A DNA stretch of 64,000 nt from Candidatus Latescibacterota bacterium (GTDB lineage Bacteria; Latescibacterota; UBA2968): NCBI GenBank assembly GCA_965205975.1, contig OZ242195.1, forward strand, positions 1-64,000. The letters are read 5' to 3'. Shown here one piece after another: positions 29,281-37,571 of the stretch. Position 1 is the stretch's first letter. Each line of letters opens with the position of its first letter. The position numbers and the translations under genes were made by a program. The notes under the pieces were generated by a model, which had not been told where the DNA came from, ran no database searches, and saw only the letters and a list, made by a program, of their open reading frames with translations.

Positions 29281-29780
29281 GTCTTTTCCTCTTCCTGCAG
29301 ATTGCCCCAATAAGCATTTGCCCAACGCACTTTAACCCGATCTCCCCAATAGTGTAAATCTTTAAATAGCTCCTCATGGTTGATGGCTACACCTTTTGCC
29401 TGTGTGGTACGAATGACTGTAGGTAAGCGGTCGCATACTTCAAAGACCGTGTCACAGGATAGAAAACGTCGAAATCGTGTTTCAAATGTTTCCAACCCAT
29501 CGAGTCCGCGCCCATCACCTGTTGCCAATCGGTGCATTGTCGTGCCCATATTTCCTTTGGACACACTTTCTGGATTGAAAGCAAAACTTGCTGCTACCGT
29601 CTGAAAGATTGTTCTCTCGCGGCTATTTTCAAGATTGCACCAACGAGCAAGATAGGGCCAGGCGCGGTCAGCCGTTGCTTCGCTGAATCCACGCCTCAAA
29701 TTTGCCATCAAACCCCGGTCTTCCTGACGGGCTTTTAAGCTGGCCACAAAAGCTGTAGCTTGTTCATCCAGATTCGCCAT
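29277..29780 (-). CDS. casB: Type I-E Cas11 (CasB/Cse2)
   Basis: DRGLMANLRRG, ETRFRRFL, LFKDLHYW..RVKVRWANAYW; position after casA. Confidence 0.9.
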   Translation of the reverse strand: MANLDEQATAFVASLKARQEDRGLMANLRRGFSEATADRAWPYLARWCNLENSRERTIFQTVAASFAFNPESVSKGNMGTTMHRLATGDGRGLDGLETFETRFRRFLSCDTVFEVCDRLPTVIRTTQAKGVAINHEELFKDLHYWGDRVKVRWANAYWGNLQEEEKT

Positions 29781-31245
29781 TTTCGCCTCCTTTTGCCATT
29801 AATTTGTGTAATCCCAAACGCCTTTGGCCCGCGACAAACGCTTGAATTTGTCTGGGCGTTTCATGAATACACGCTTGTTCATAAGCCTTTCGTAACGCAG
29901 AACCAATAATATGCCGCCAGTCGTCGTCAACCAGTCTATCTTCGAATAGCAGACCATAACGCTGATCAAGTTCTTGCCAGTATATCGAGGTGGCACGTTT
30001 GACAATGCCCTTGCGAGTATCTTTGGCACGGGAATCATTTCCTTTATAGGCATTAACTTCATCAAGATATGTTCGCACCGCACTTGACAAGGAGATGGCT
30101 GACGATTCAGCAAGATCAACATTGGTTTGATAACTTTTGAGTTCGGGTTCTCCTAAGAGATCAAGAGGAAATGAAAAATTCCATTCAACCGCATCTTCAA
30201 TAGCAGCCCGACTGGGAATTAAACCACCAACCCAAATGTCATGATTTTTATTATTTTCTTTGCCAACCCATCTCAAATTTCTGAGCGTCATGGCTCCACC
30301 ATCGGTATCTGAGTTTAGTGCAAGAACAGAACCTAAGTCGCGCCAAATATGTTTATCTACAGATAAATAAAGGTAGTCCGTTTTTCCTTTTTCCTTTGCA
30401 ATAACAGTTGTTGAGGATTCGCGGTAGCTTGGAGGACCCTTAAAAAGTAATGCTGTGGGGGGATGTGCAATAATGCAAGAAGCTGAAACGTGTTCATCTT
30501 CTCTATCCAGCCTAATTAATCGGCTGAGAGGGACCAGTCGCCCGAGATACGTCTGAGTCGCATTCTCAAGACAGGCGGTATCGTTAAAAGTATGAGGAAA
30601 CATATCCCAGACAGGTCGCCCCCAGATGCCGTTTGACATGGTATCTACATCCTCTTTTGTGAGCAGATTTAGCCAAACATTTTCACATAAATTTCCACCT
30701 CTAATGAATAAATGTGCCGCCTTTACTGCTGGTGCTGCTTCAGCACTATAACTAAATTTTCGATCACCTACTTGGCCTCCTGTTGAAAAGTTGAGAAACG
30801 TTAAAAGTTGTAAACTGGCCCATCCCGCAGGATGGCTACGTCCTCCTGGCACAGAGGATTGGTCAAAAAGAGTTTTATTATTCCCCGACGCAAGGCCAAA
30901 GTCTAATTTGTCTAATTTTCCGTCACTTTTAGCTTCCAAATCCCTGATCTGCATAAACGGTATCTCGCCAAAAAGATCGAACTTCTCTTTTCGTTCAGTC
31001 AAATACTTCAAACTATCAGGCGCGATTCGGGACTTACAAGAAATCCATTCATCCTTATCTTTTGGGCCATTGAGCGCGGCCTGTGTAATGCAAATCAGCA
31101 ACCGCATCACTGCGATGCGTTGTGGTGGGGCGAGAGCCAGGTCCCGAATTTCTGCGGCCTGTTCATAGAGGTCGTTTAATCCTACTGTGCGAGTTTGTCC
31201 TCCTTGAAACACAACTGGTATCCATGGATCACCAATCAAATTCAT
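29764..31245 (-). CDS. casA: Type I-E Cas8e (CasA/Cse1)
   Basis: MNLIGDPWIPV, RIAVMRLLICI, FDLFGEIPFMQ, GGNLCENVWLNL. Confidence 0.92.
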   Translation of the reverse strand: MNLIGDPWIPVVFQGGQTRTVGLNDLYEQAAEIRDLALAPPQRIAVMRLLICITQAALNGPKDKDEWISCKSRIAPDSLKYLTERKEKFDLFGEIPFMQIRDLEAKSDGKLDKLDFGLASGNNKTLFDQSSVPGGRSHPAGWASLQLLTFLNFSTGGQVGDRKFSYSAEAAPAVKAAHLFIRGGNLCENVWLNLLTKEDVDTMSNGIWGRPVWDMFPHTFNDTACLENATQTYLGRLVPLSRLIRLDREDEHVSASCIIAHPPTALLFKGPPSYRESSTTVIAKEKGKTDYLYLSVDKHIWRDLGSVLALNSDTDGGAMTLRNLRWVGKENNKNHDIWVGGLIPSRAAIEDAVEWNFSFPLDLLGEPELKSYQTNVDLAESSAISLSSAVRTYLDEVNAYKGNDSRAKDTRKGIVKRATSIYWQELDQRYGLLFEDRLVDDDWRHIIGSALRKAYEQACIHETPRQIQAFVAGQRRLGLHKLMAKGGENGESG

Positions 31246-33772
31246 CGTTAGTTTCCTCCCATTCGGGTGCATCTTCAATTTTGTAAATGCCTTTTTGTGT
31301 ATCATAGCCCAGTGAATATGTGTTGGAACCAGTCAGATTAGCATCTGAACCGATTGTCAACACTGCGACATCACCGTATATATGTTCCTTTAGATAATCT
31401 GGTGTTTTTAGTCTTTCTTCAACCCAATAACGCGGCACATTCACAAGATTTTTGTGTAGTGCAACCGCGATCTTAAAATTTCTATCATCAGTTTCAGCGA
31501 CAACCTGTGTACTACCATCTGCAAGTGTGAGTGTTGCTTTGCGACCTGTCGAATCAAGCGATTTGATTAGCAAAGCGGGTACCTGTGGATAAGTACTGTA
31601 TCGGGTCACGACATTTTCATCGTCTTCAAGTGTAGGCATTGCTTCTGCTGTGCTGCCCAGTGCTTTGCTATGGAGTTTCTCGCGTTCAATTTCGAGTTTT
31701 TCGTAAAGACACGCAATCCATTCTGGTGTTTTACCATCTGGCTGAACATAAGTTGCCTCAAGCAATCCACGAATATCATTGGGCAATTTCACTGTTTCTC
31801 GATCTTTCCAAACCTGGTAACTTTGCCATAAAATATAAGGGGCATAGACTTTTGCAGATTTGTCCAAGGTGTCCATCAAAACACCCGTATCTTCTATACC
31901 TGTAAGATCAGGGCATACAATATACAGTTCTGCACGGTCACAGGGGCGTTCGCGTTCACTGTGCCGCCACAACCGCCCTGCACGTTGTAGCATCATATCT
32001 GTTGGTGCGAGATCAGTAATCATAAAATCGGCGTCAATATCTACGCTTTGTTCTACCACCTGTGTTGCAACCAATACACACCCGTTTGGTCGGTTTCCGT
32101 TTTTTCCCAACTTTTCCATCCACTCATCTTCAAGGTCTTCTCGCCGATACACGGGAAAACGCGAGTGCAACAACCCCACATCTCCAGCACCTTCAGTCCG
32201 TTCTGCGAGTACAGCTCGATAGCTTTCTTGTGCATCATCAACCGTGTTATTGATCCACAACACACATTGGCCCTCTTGCGCCCGTTCTACGGCAAGCTCA
32301 GCTAATTCTCGGCGACTTTGGGATGTAATATGTGTATAAATCGTTTGTCCTTCTGGTGGTTTGACTGATTTTACACCAGCTTGTTGATGACCAAATGTAA
32401 TCAGGGGATAAGCATCTACTTCTGGAATTGATTTATCTGGAAAAAAGGAAGCTCGACGTTCATGGGTCAATGTAGCCGATAGTATAATCACCGTACAACC
32501 CAATTTCAGCAACGTCTGAACCAGTCTGTCCAAAAGTGTTCCCGTATAGACATCGTAACTATGCACCTCGTCGAGAATCACGACCTTACCAGCAAGGCCA
32601 AAAGCACGGACAAAATAATGTTTGACTTTTAATACACTCAACAGTGCCTGATCAATTGTGCCGACTCCAAAAGGCCAAAGCAGAGATCGTTTGGATGGAT
32701 GAAACCATGCATTGCCTGAACGCAGTTCTTCACCTCCAACCTGAAGATGAAGCCAGGCTGTCCCATGAATGAGATTAGCTCCTTGGTCGCCTACCACAAT
32801 TTTGTCTAAAAATTGATTGACTCGCTCATGAATGCGATTACTTGTCAAACGTGTAGGAAGTGCAAAATAAAGACCGTGATGGTATCCTTCTCTCATCAAA
32901 CGATACGCCGCATAAAGTGCGGCTTCTGTTTTCCCCTGTCCCATGGGTGCTTCCAGAACATAAAGCCCTGGTTGTGTTACAGTTTTGACAAAAGCAGTTT
33001 GTGATTGATAGGGAGAATTTTCAAAAATTTCTTCAAATGAAAGGTTGGATTTCAAATTTGGGAAAAACCAACCGCAAGCATCTAAGGCTTCAGATGCTTT
33101 AGAGAACACATTTACATCTTCTGGCAAACCTTCAGCAGGAAAAAATGTTGTATCTGAACCGATCCAGTCGGAAACACAGGTCATACCACTGAGCAAGGCA
33201 ATCTGCTCATCTGTTGGGGGATCAGATGGCAAATTGCCGAAAATGGCGAGCAATCGTTCTAACAATATTCGTCGTTCCTTAGCCCATGATTCTCCTCCGT
33301 ACACACCACTTGTATCCTGATGAGGAGTTTCGCGTTTACCATGATGAATACCCAATACTTGGCCCCAACGCTCCCAGCCTTTTGGGAACTCACCTCTCAT
33401 TTGGTAATAGGCCACCAAGGCCGCTTCGCTTACATTTGCGTGATAGGGAGTAAAACCGCTATCATCCATTTGGGCTAGGCCCTGTACACGCTTTTCCAAT
33501 TCTTCGCGCGAAGAACCAAATATTTTCTTTTGAAATCCCGGTGCCACCTTGCCAATGTCGTGTGGAGCTATTAACGCAGGAGCTTCTTGCGGGATTTGTT
33601 CCTGCATATTGGCAGGCAACCGTTTCATCAGTTCTTTCGCGACAGCACCCACATACGTACAATGATCTTCAACACTCAAACCAGGGCGATGATCTTCTGT
33701 TGTTTTTGCAACACACTGGTCATAAGGAATGACAGGGATTTCTGACGTTTTTCTTCGTCGAAATTTGGCCAT
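31229..33772 (-). CDS. cas3: Cas3 HD nuclease/SF2 helicase
   Basis: HDIGK (HD), EAPMGQGKTE, LDEVH, SAT, LLHSRF, QRAGRLWRH. Confidence 0.97.
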   Translation of the reverse strand: MAKFRRRKTSEIPVIPYDQCVAKTTEDHRPGLSVEDHCTYVGAVAKELMKRLPANMQEQIPQEAPALIAPHDIGKVAPGFQKKIFGSSREELEKRVQGLAQMDDSGFTPYHANVSEAALVAYYQMRGEFPKGWERWGQVLGIHHGKRETPHQDTSGVYGGESWAKERRILLERLLAIFGNLPSDPPTDEQIALLSGMTCVSDWIGSDTTFFPAEGLPEDVNVFSKASEALDACGWFFPNLKSNLSFEEIFENSPYQSQTAFVKTVTQPGLYVLEAPMGQGKTEAALYAAYRLMREGYHHGLYFALPTRLTSNRIHERVNQFLDKIVVGDQGANLIHGTAWLHLQVGGEELRSGNAWFHPSKRSLLWPFGVGTIDQALLSVLKVKHYFVRAFGLAGKVVILDEVHSYDVYTGTLLDRLVQTLLKLGCTVIILSATLTHERRASFFPDKSIPEVDAYPLITFGHQQAGVKSVKPPEGQTIYTHITSQSRRELAELAVERAQEGQCVLWINNTVDDAQESYRAVLAERTEGAGDVGLLHSRFPVYRREDLEDEWMEKLGKNGNRPNGCVLVATQVVEQSVDIDADFMITDLAPTDMMLQRAGRLWRHSERERPCDRAELYIVCPDLTGIEDTGVLMDTLDKSAKVYAPYILWQSYQVWKDRETVKLPNDIRGLLEATYVQPDGKTPEWIACLYEKLEIEREKLHSKALGSTAEAMPTLEDDENVVTRYSTYPQVPALLIKSLDSTGRKATLTLADGSTQVVAETDDRNFKIAVALHKNLVNVPRYWVEERLKTPDYLKEHIYGDVAVLTIGSDANLTGSNTYSLGYDTQKGIYKIEDAPEWEETNDEFDW

Positions 33773-33853
33773 ATAACTGCTCCTTAGATGGAAATTTACT
33801 GCACAAATATATACTATTTCTCAGGTGACGCAAGCATAGTAATTTTTTATATT

Positions 33854-33916
33854 TCATACACCCTCCCCGCCGCAATCATATCCTGTGCGATCACCTGTCA
33901 CAAATCCTCTGATTCT
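33854..33916 (-). pseudogene. Duplicated 3' end of the WYL gene (63-bp direct repeat of 34534-34596)
   Basis: 58 of 63 bases identical to 34534-34596 by manual alignment. Confidence 0.8.
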
Positions 33917-34129
33917 GACTTTTCACATTTAAGCCCTTATTAAAGGTCTGATTCCACGATAATTTCCTTCCAAAAAGTTGCTTTTCATTCCGAAGTTGGC
34001 TATATCTTATTCAGCGACCAGAATGGGCCGGTATCAACCGACTCTGGACAATGTCCCTGGCCGCTACTTTTTTGATCTCCTGCTCATACATTTTCCTTTA
34101 CCGCTTGCGTGAAAAAAGAGGAGTTACTC

Positions 34130-34330
34130 ATGCTTAGCACAGCTTTGGGTATTGTGAAAGACGGAAAAATCGAAACGTTAGAAAGCATTACATTGCCTGA
34201 GGGGCAAAAGGTATTGGTCACTATGTTGCCCGACGATGATATTTTTTGGCAAGAAGCCAGCCAGGGAACCTTGAAACAGATTTGGGACAATAAAGAGGAC
34301 GATGTGTATGCCCGATTACTCGATAAATGA
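34130..34330 (+). CDS. Small antitoxin-like protein (type usually paired with a MazF/PemK toxin)
   Basis: GAGGAG RBS; GIVKDGKIETLESITLPEGQKVLVT (AbrB/DUF104-like) and acidic IWDNKEDDVY tail. Confidence 0.65.
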   Translation: MLSTALGIVKDGKIETLESITLPEGQKVLVTMLPDDDIFWQEASQGTLKQIWDNKEDDVYARLLDK

Positions 34331-34481
34331 TATTGAACCATTGTTGAAGCAGAATGGACAAACGACAGACGCCGATATTGCAAGACAACGAGAAATTGCC
34401 CGACGTATGCGCGAAGCACGCGACAAAATGCCTCCACCTGGTATGTCAATAAAAGAGATGGTGGAGGAAGGGCGTGTGTAA
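34308..34481 (+). pseudogene. Chimeric remnant: MazF/PemK-like N-terminus fused to an antitoxin C-terminus
   Basis: MPDYSINDI-EPLLKQ...GMSIKEMVEEGRV*; overlaps the antitoxin 3' end as a toxin gene would. Confidence 0.5.
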
Positions 34482-34520
34482 TAATGGGTTAGAGACAATG
34501 ACTTTGCTCTGATCTCCTGA

Positions 34521-35516
34521 TCACTTTCCCTTCTCATACATCCTCCCCGCCGCAATCATATCCTTTGCGATGACCTGTCGCAAATCCTCTGGTTCTATCA
34601 CCTCGCAATCTGCGCCCCAGCCTCTGATCCAGGGTTTCATCTCCAGCGTGTGGCTCACGGTTAATGTCATGAGACAGCCGCCATCTGGCAGGGCGTCAAT
34701 GGTATCGACGCAGGGCCAGTCCGATTCCCGCACGCGGTATGCCACATTGGGCGAGAAGCGAAGTTTGACGACAATGCGTTCATCGCCGCCCATTACGCCC
34801 CATGCTTGTGTGAGATAATCGTAGGGATCGAAATTGTCCCGAATCTGATATGACGAGTCGAGAATTTTGACCTGCTGTACACGCTCGATTTTGAACTCTC
34901 GGATGTCGTGGCGCAGATGGTCATACCCGATGACATAACAGGCATATCCCACGGGCGATGGCTCGATAAAATAGGGGTCAAAAATTCGCTCTGTCACATC
35001 ACCCTTTTCAGGATTCCAGTAAACTATATACACTTGACGGCGTGTTGCCCAGGCCAGAGTCAGGGTCTCTAACACGCCTAAATAATCCGACCATAGACGC
35101 CGCCGATCTGCAGCAGATGCCGTTCGCGTGATGTGTTCGCCTATTGGCTCAGGCATGGCACTGGCCAGCTTATTCAGGGCCGATACCGCGTGCGGATTGT
35201 GTTTGTCGCCATAAGCGGCAAGCAACCGCGCTGCCAGATAAAGGGCCAGTGCTTCGTCCAAATTTAAATGAACTGGAAGCAAATCGAACTGTGCGCCTTC
35301 AACCAGATGCCAAAGTCGGCCTTCATAATAAACTGGTAGCCGTCCGCTCTCAGATAATTGCATGATATACCGCCGGGCTGTTCGTTCCGATACATTGAGA
35401 AGATCGGCAATTTCTCGAGTTCGGAATCCCTCTGGTCGTTGCCGCGCAAAAATCTGTACCTGCAACAACCTTTCGTTTTTGGTCTCAGCATCTATAACTG
35501 GCATGGCTTTCTCCAT
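34521..35516 (-). CDS. wHTH-WYL-WCX transcriptional regulator
   Basis: EIADLLNVSERTARRYI (HTH); FDPYFIE..CYVIGYDHLRHDIREFKIERV (WYL); WIRGWGADCEVIEPEDLR (WCX). Confidence 0.93.
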   Translation of the reverse strand: MEKAMPVIDAETKNERLLQVQIFARQRPEGFRTREIADLLNVSERTARRYIMQLSESGRLPVYYEGRLWHLVEGAQFDLLPVHLNLDEALALYLAARLLAAYGDKHNPHAVSALNKLASAMPEPIGEHITRTASAADRRRLWSDYLGVLETLTLAWATRRQVYIVYWNPEKGDVTERIFDPYFIEPSPVGYACYVIGYDHLRHDIREFKIERVQQVKILDSSYQIRDNFDPYDYLTQAWGVMGGDERIVVKLRFSPNVAYRVRESDWPCVDTIDALPDGGCLMTLTVSHTLEMKPWIRGWGADCEVIEPEDLRQVIAKDMIAAGRMYEKGK

Positions 35517-35540
35517 TTTTCAGGATAATATAGTTTGGAA

Positions 35541-35559
35541 GCGGACAGTTTTTGTCCGC
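35541..35559. promoter_or_regulatory. Palindromic operator candidate upstream of the WYL gene
   Basis: GCGGACA-gtttt-TGTCCGC, a perfect 7-bp inverted repeat 25 bp upstream of the start codon. Confidence 0.55.
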
Positions 35560-35649
35560 AAAAATAAAAAAGTTTTTTCTTTGCAAAGAAAATCAAAACA
35601 GGGCGCATTGGAAGGTGGGATTTTGATGACGGTACAGGCAAAATAAGAG

Positions 35650-35735
35650 CCGGGGGATTGTACATCCCACCGGCTAATAAGTTCAGAGATTGAAATGTTA
35701 ATATCAAGAGCGATTGTGCTTGGTTTTGCATTCAT
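35650..35735 (-). pseudogene. Degenerate N-terminus of a PIN-domain toxin
   Basis: MNAKPSTIALDINISISELIS resembles the PIN start motif VVLDTNVLISALI; similarity is lost downstream. Confidence 0.35.
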
Positions 35736-36174
35736 CTACAGCCTGATCTATCCTGGCGGATAAGTCATCCACATCTTTGAAAGCTTCTGCTACGCGATCA
35801 AAAACGGCAAAATCTTCTGCTTTCTGGTGGAAAACAGGTATCCCATCTCGCCTAATAGTTTGCCAGAAGGGTGCTTCATAGTCCTGGTGGTATATCCATT
35901 CCTCCGCGGTAAGTACTATAAGTGAAGGCACAACCTCGGTGCCAATTGCGAGCATGTATCCAGGGTCGGCAACAGACTTCTTTGTTTCCCAATCTCCTTC
36001 GTGGATGACAACGAGAACGTCCAGGTCAGAATCCTCATTGGATGATCCCCGCGCTTTGGATCCAAAGATAATGATATCTTTGATAAGATTCGCAAATTGC
36101 GCTACCAAAGCTTTCTGGTAAGCGTCAAGCCAAATGCGTTCTTCGCTCGTCAATGTTAAATTTTTTAAAGTCAT
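35704..36174 (-). CDS. Minimal nucleotidyltransferase (MNT-type antitoxin) with an apparently foreign C-terminal tail
   Basis: IFGSKARG..EDSDLDVLVV; domain ends at IRRDGIPV; no HEPN partner. Confidence 0.8.
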   Translation of the reverse strand: MTLKNLTLTSEERIWLDAYQKALVAQFANLIKDIIIFGSKARGSSNEDSDLDVLVVIHEGDWETKKSVADPGYMLAIGTEVVPSLIVLTAEEWIYHQDYEAPFWQTIRRDGIPVFHQKAEDFAVFDRVAEAFKDVDDLSARIDQAVDECKTKHNRS

Positions 36175-36224
36175 AAGTTCTGAAGATGTGTGAAGTTACG
36201 CGCAGCTTCCGCTCTTTTTTCAAA

Positions 36225-36506
36225 TCAATTCGAGGTGGTTAGAGAGCGATGGGTCATGCCTACGATTTCACCGGTAAGGTCATTGATTTCAACGACCTTA
36301 AACGAACGGTTCTTCCAGTCTTGTCCCCCGAGGTTGGCTGCCAGGCTCCGCCGTTCCCAGGGGCGAGAGAAACCTATGGTTATTTTCCAGGCATTTGCTG
36401 TTTCGTCGAATACCACCTCTTCAAGACCCAGGTCCTGAACTTCCTCGTCGGCAAATAGTTCGGTTATGTATTTGTTCGCCGCCCGCACGGCTTCTTTTAC
36501 ATTCAT
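36225..36506 (-). CDS. Small conserved hypothetical protein (putative antitoxin of a PIN pair)
   Basis: GGAGG RBS; MNVKEAV..LGLEEVVFDE..WKITIGFSRPW..FKVVEI. Confidence 0.65.
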   Translation of the reverse strand: MNVKEAVRAANKYITELFADEEVQDLGLEEVVFDETANAWKITIGFSRPWERRSLAANLGGQDWKNRSFKVVEINDLTGEIVGMTHRSLTTSN

Positions 36507-36602
36507 TTATGCCTCCATACAGTCTTATCATTTTTTTTAGATTAAATTTTCAAAAAAGTAACCAATTTAGACTGCTAAGAAAAGCGTTTCTATTACAAAA
36601 AA

Positions 36603-37571
36603 TTAAAAAAGTGAGAGTTGGACGGGGTCTTGTTCTGGAGTGGGTTGTCTGGCAGGTCTGTCATCGGGATAGCACACGGCTTTGAAGGGGCAGGTGGTAC
36701 ACAGGTGGGTATTTGTCGTCATGGGGAAAGTGTCTTGCGAAGCGGTGTTTTGCTCGGGATCGTCGAGGAGGGCGCGCATTTTCTGGACGCTTTCGGTGAC
36801 GAATATACGGGTCTGGTCGAGATCGTCGGGAGAGAGGGATAGGGTGCTTTCGGTGCTGGTTTGCAGGTAGATGTCCTGGAGTTGCAGGTCGGGTAATGCG
36901 ACGTCCCACTGCGAGGTGGCGTACAGGGCGTACACAGCGAGTTGGTGGCGGTCGGCCTGGCGTTCGCGTCCGGTTTTCCAGTCGAAGATATAGACAGATT
37001 TGTCGCGGCGAATTGCCACGTCGAGCACGACCCAGATTTTGGTACTGGCAAGGGTAAAATCTGTGAGGTCCTCAATGGTGAGATAGTCTTCGGGACGGGC
37101 AGATTGCAGGGTGGTGTAGGCATCAGAGGCGAAAAAAGCGTTGAGACTGGTCGAGATGTGAGTGGCCGACTTGTTCTGATCGGTTTCGGTAAAGGGTTCG
37201 TTGTAATAGTGTTCAAACAAATTGGTGTATTGAGAGGCCGAATAGCGCCAGAGATGGTCCGCGGATTCTTGCAGGCGTTGGCGGAATAAATTTTGCGCGT
37301 AGGTCTCGACGGCAAAGGGGAGAATATCGCGTCCCAGTTTCAGGGCATTGAGCGTGTTGCTGATGGCGTCGTGAACCACGGTACCGACGAGTTGCGGAAC
37401 CGTGGTTATTTTTTTCAGGCGATAGAGCAATTGGGTTTGTTCGTCGGCGTCTTTGTCCCAGCCGCCCCAACTACCGTAGTAGTTGAAGTAGTATTGTCGC
37501 TTGCACGATTCAAACATGCGATGGCGAGAAGGCGACCAGGAAAATTCGTTTTGGAAATTGGACATGTTCAA
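36603..37571 (-). CDS. PD-(D/E)XK nuclease, RecB/Cas4-like
   Basis: WSPSR..FESCKRQYY, VLDVAI..IFDWKTG, QLAVY, C-terminal CTTCPFKAVC. Confidence 0.85.
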   Translation of the reverse strand: MNMSNFQNEFSWSPSRHRMFESCKRQYYFNYYGSWGGWDKDADEQTQLLYRLKKITTVPQLVGTVVHDAISNTLNALKLGRDILPFAVETYAQNLFRQRLQESADHLWRYSASQYTNLFEHYYNEPFTETDQNKSATHISTSLNAFFASDAYTTLQSARPEDYLTIEDLTDFTLASTKIWVVLDVAIRRDKSVYIFDWKTGRERQADRHQLAVYALYATSQWDVALPDLQLQDIYLQTSTESTLSLSPDDLDQTRIFVTESVQKMRALLDDPEQNTASQDTFPMTTNTHLCTTCPFKAVCYPDDRPARQPTPEQDPVQLSLF

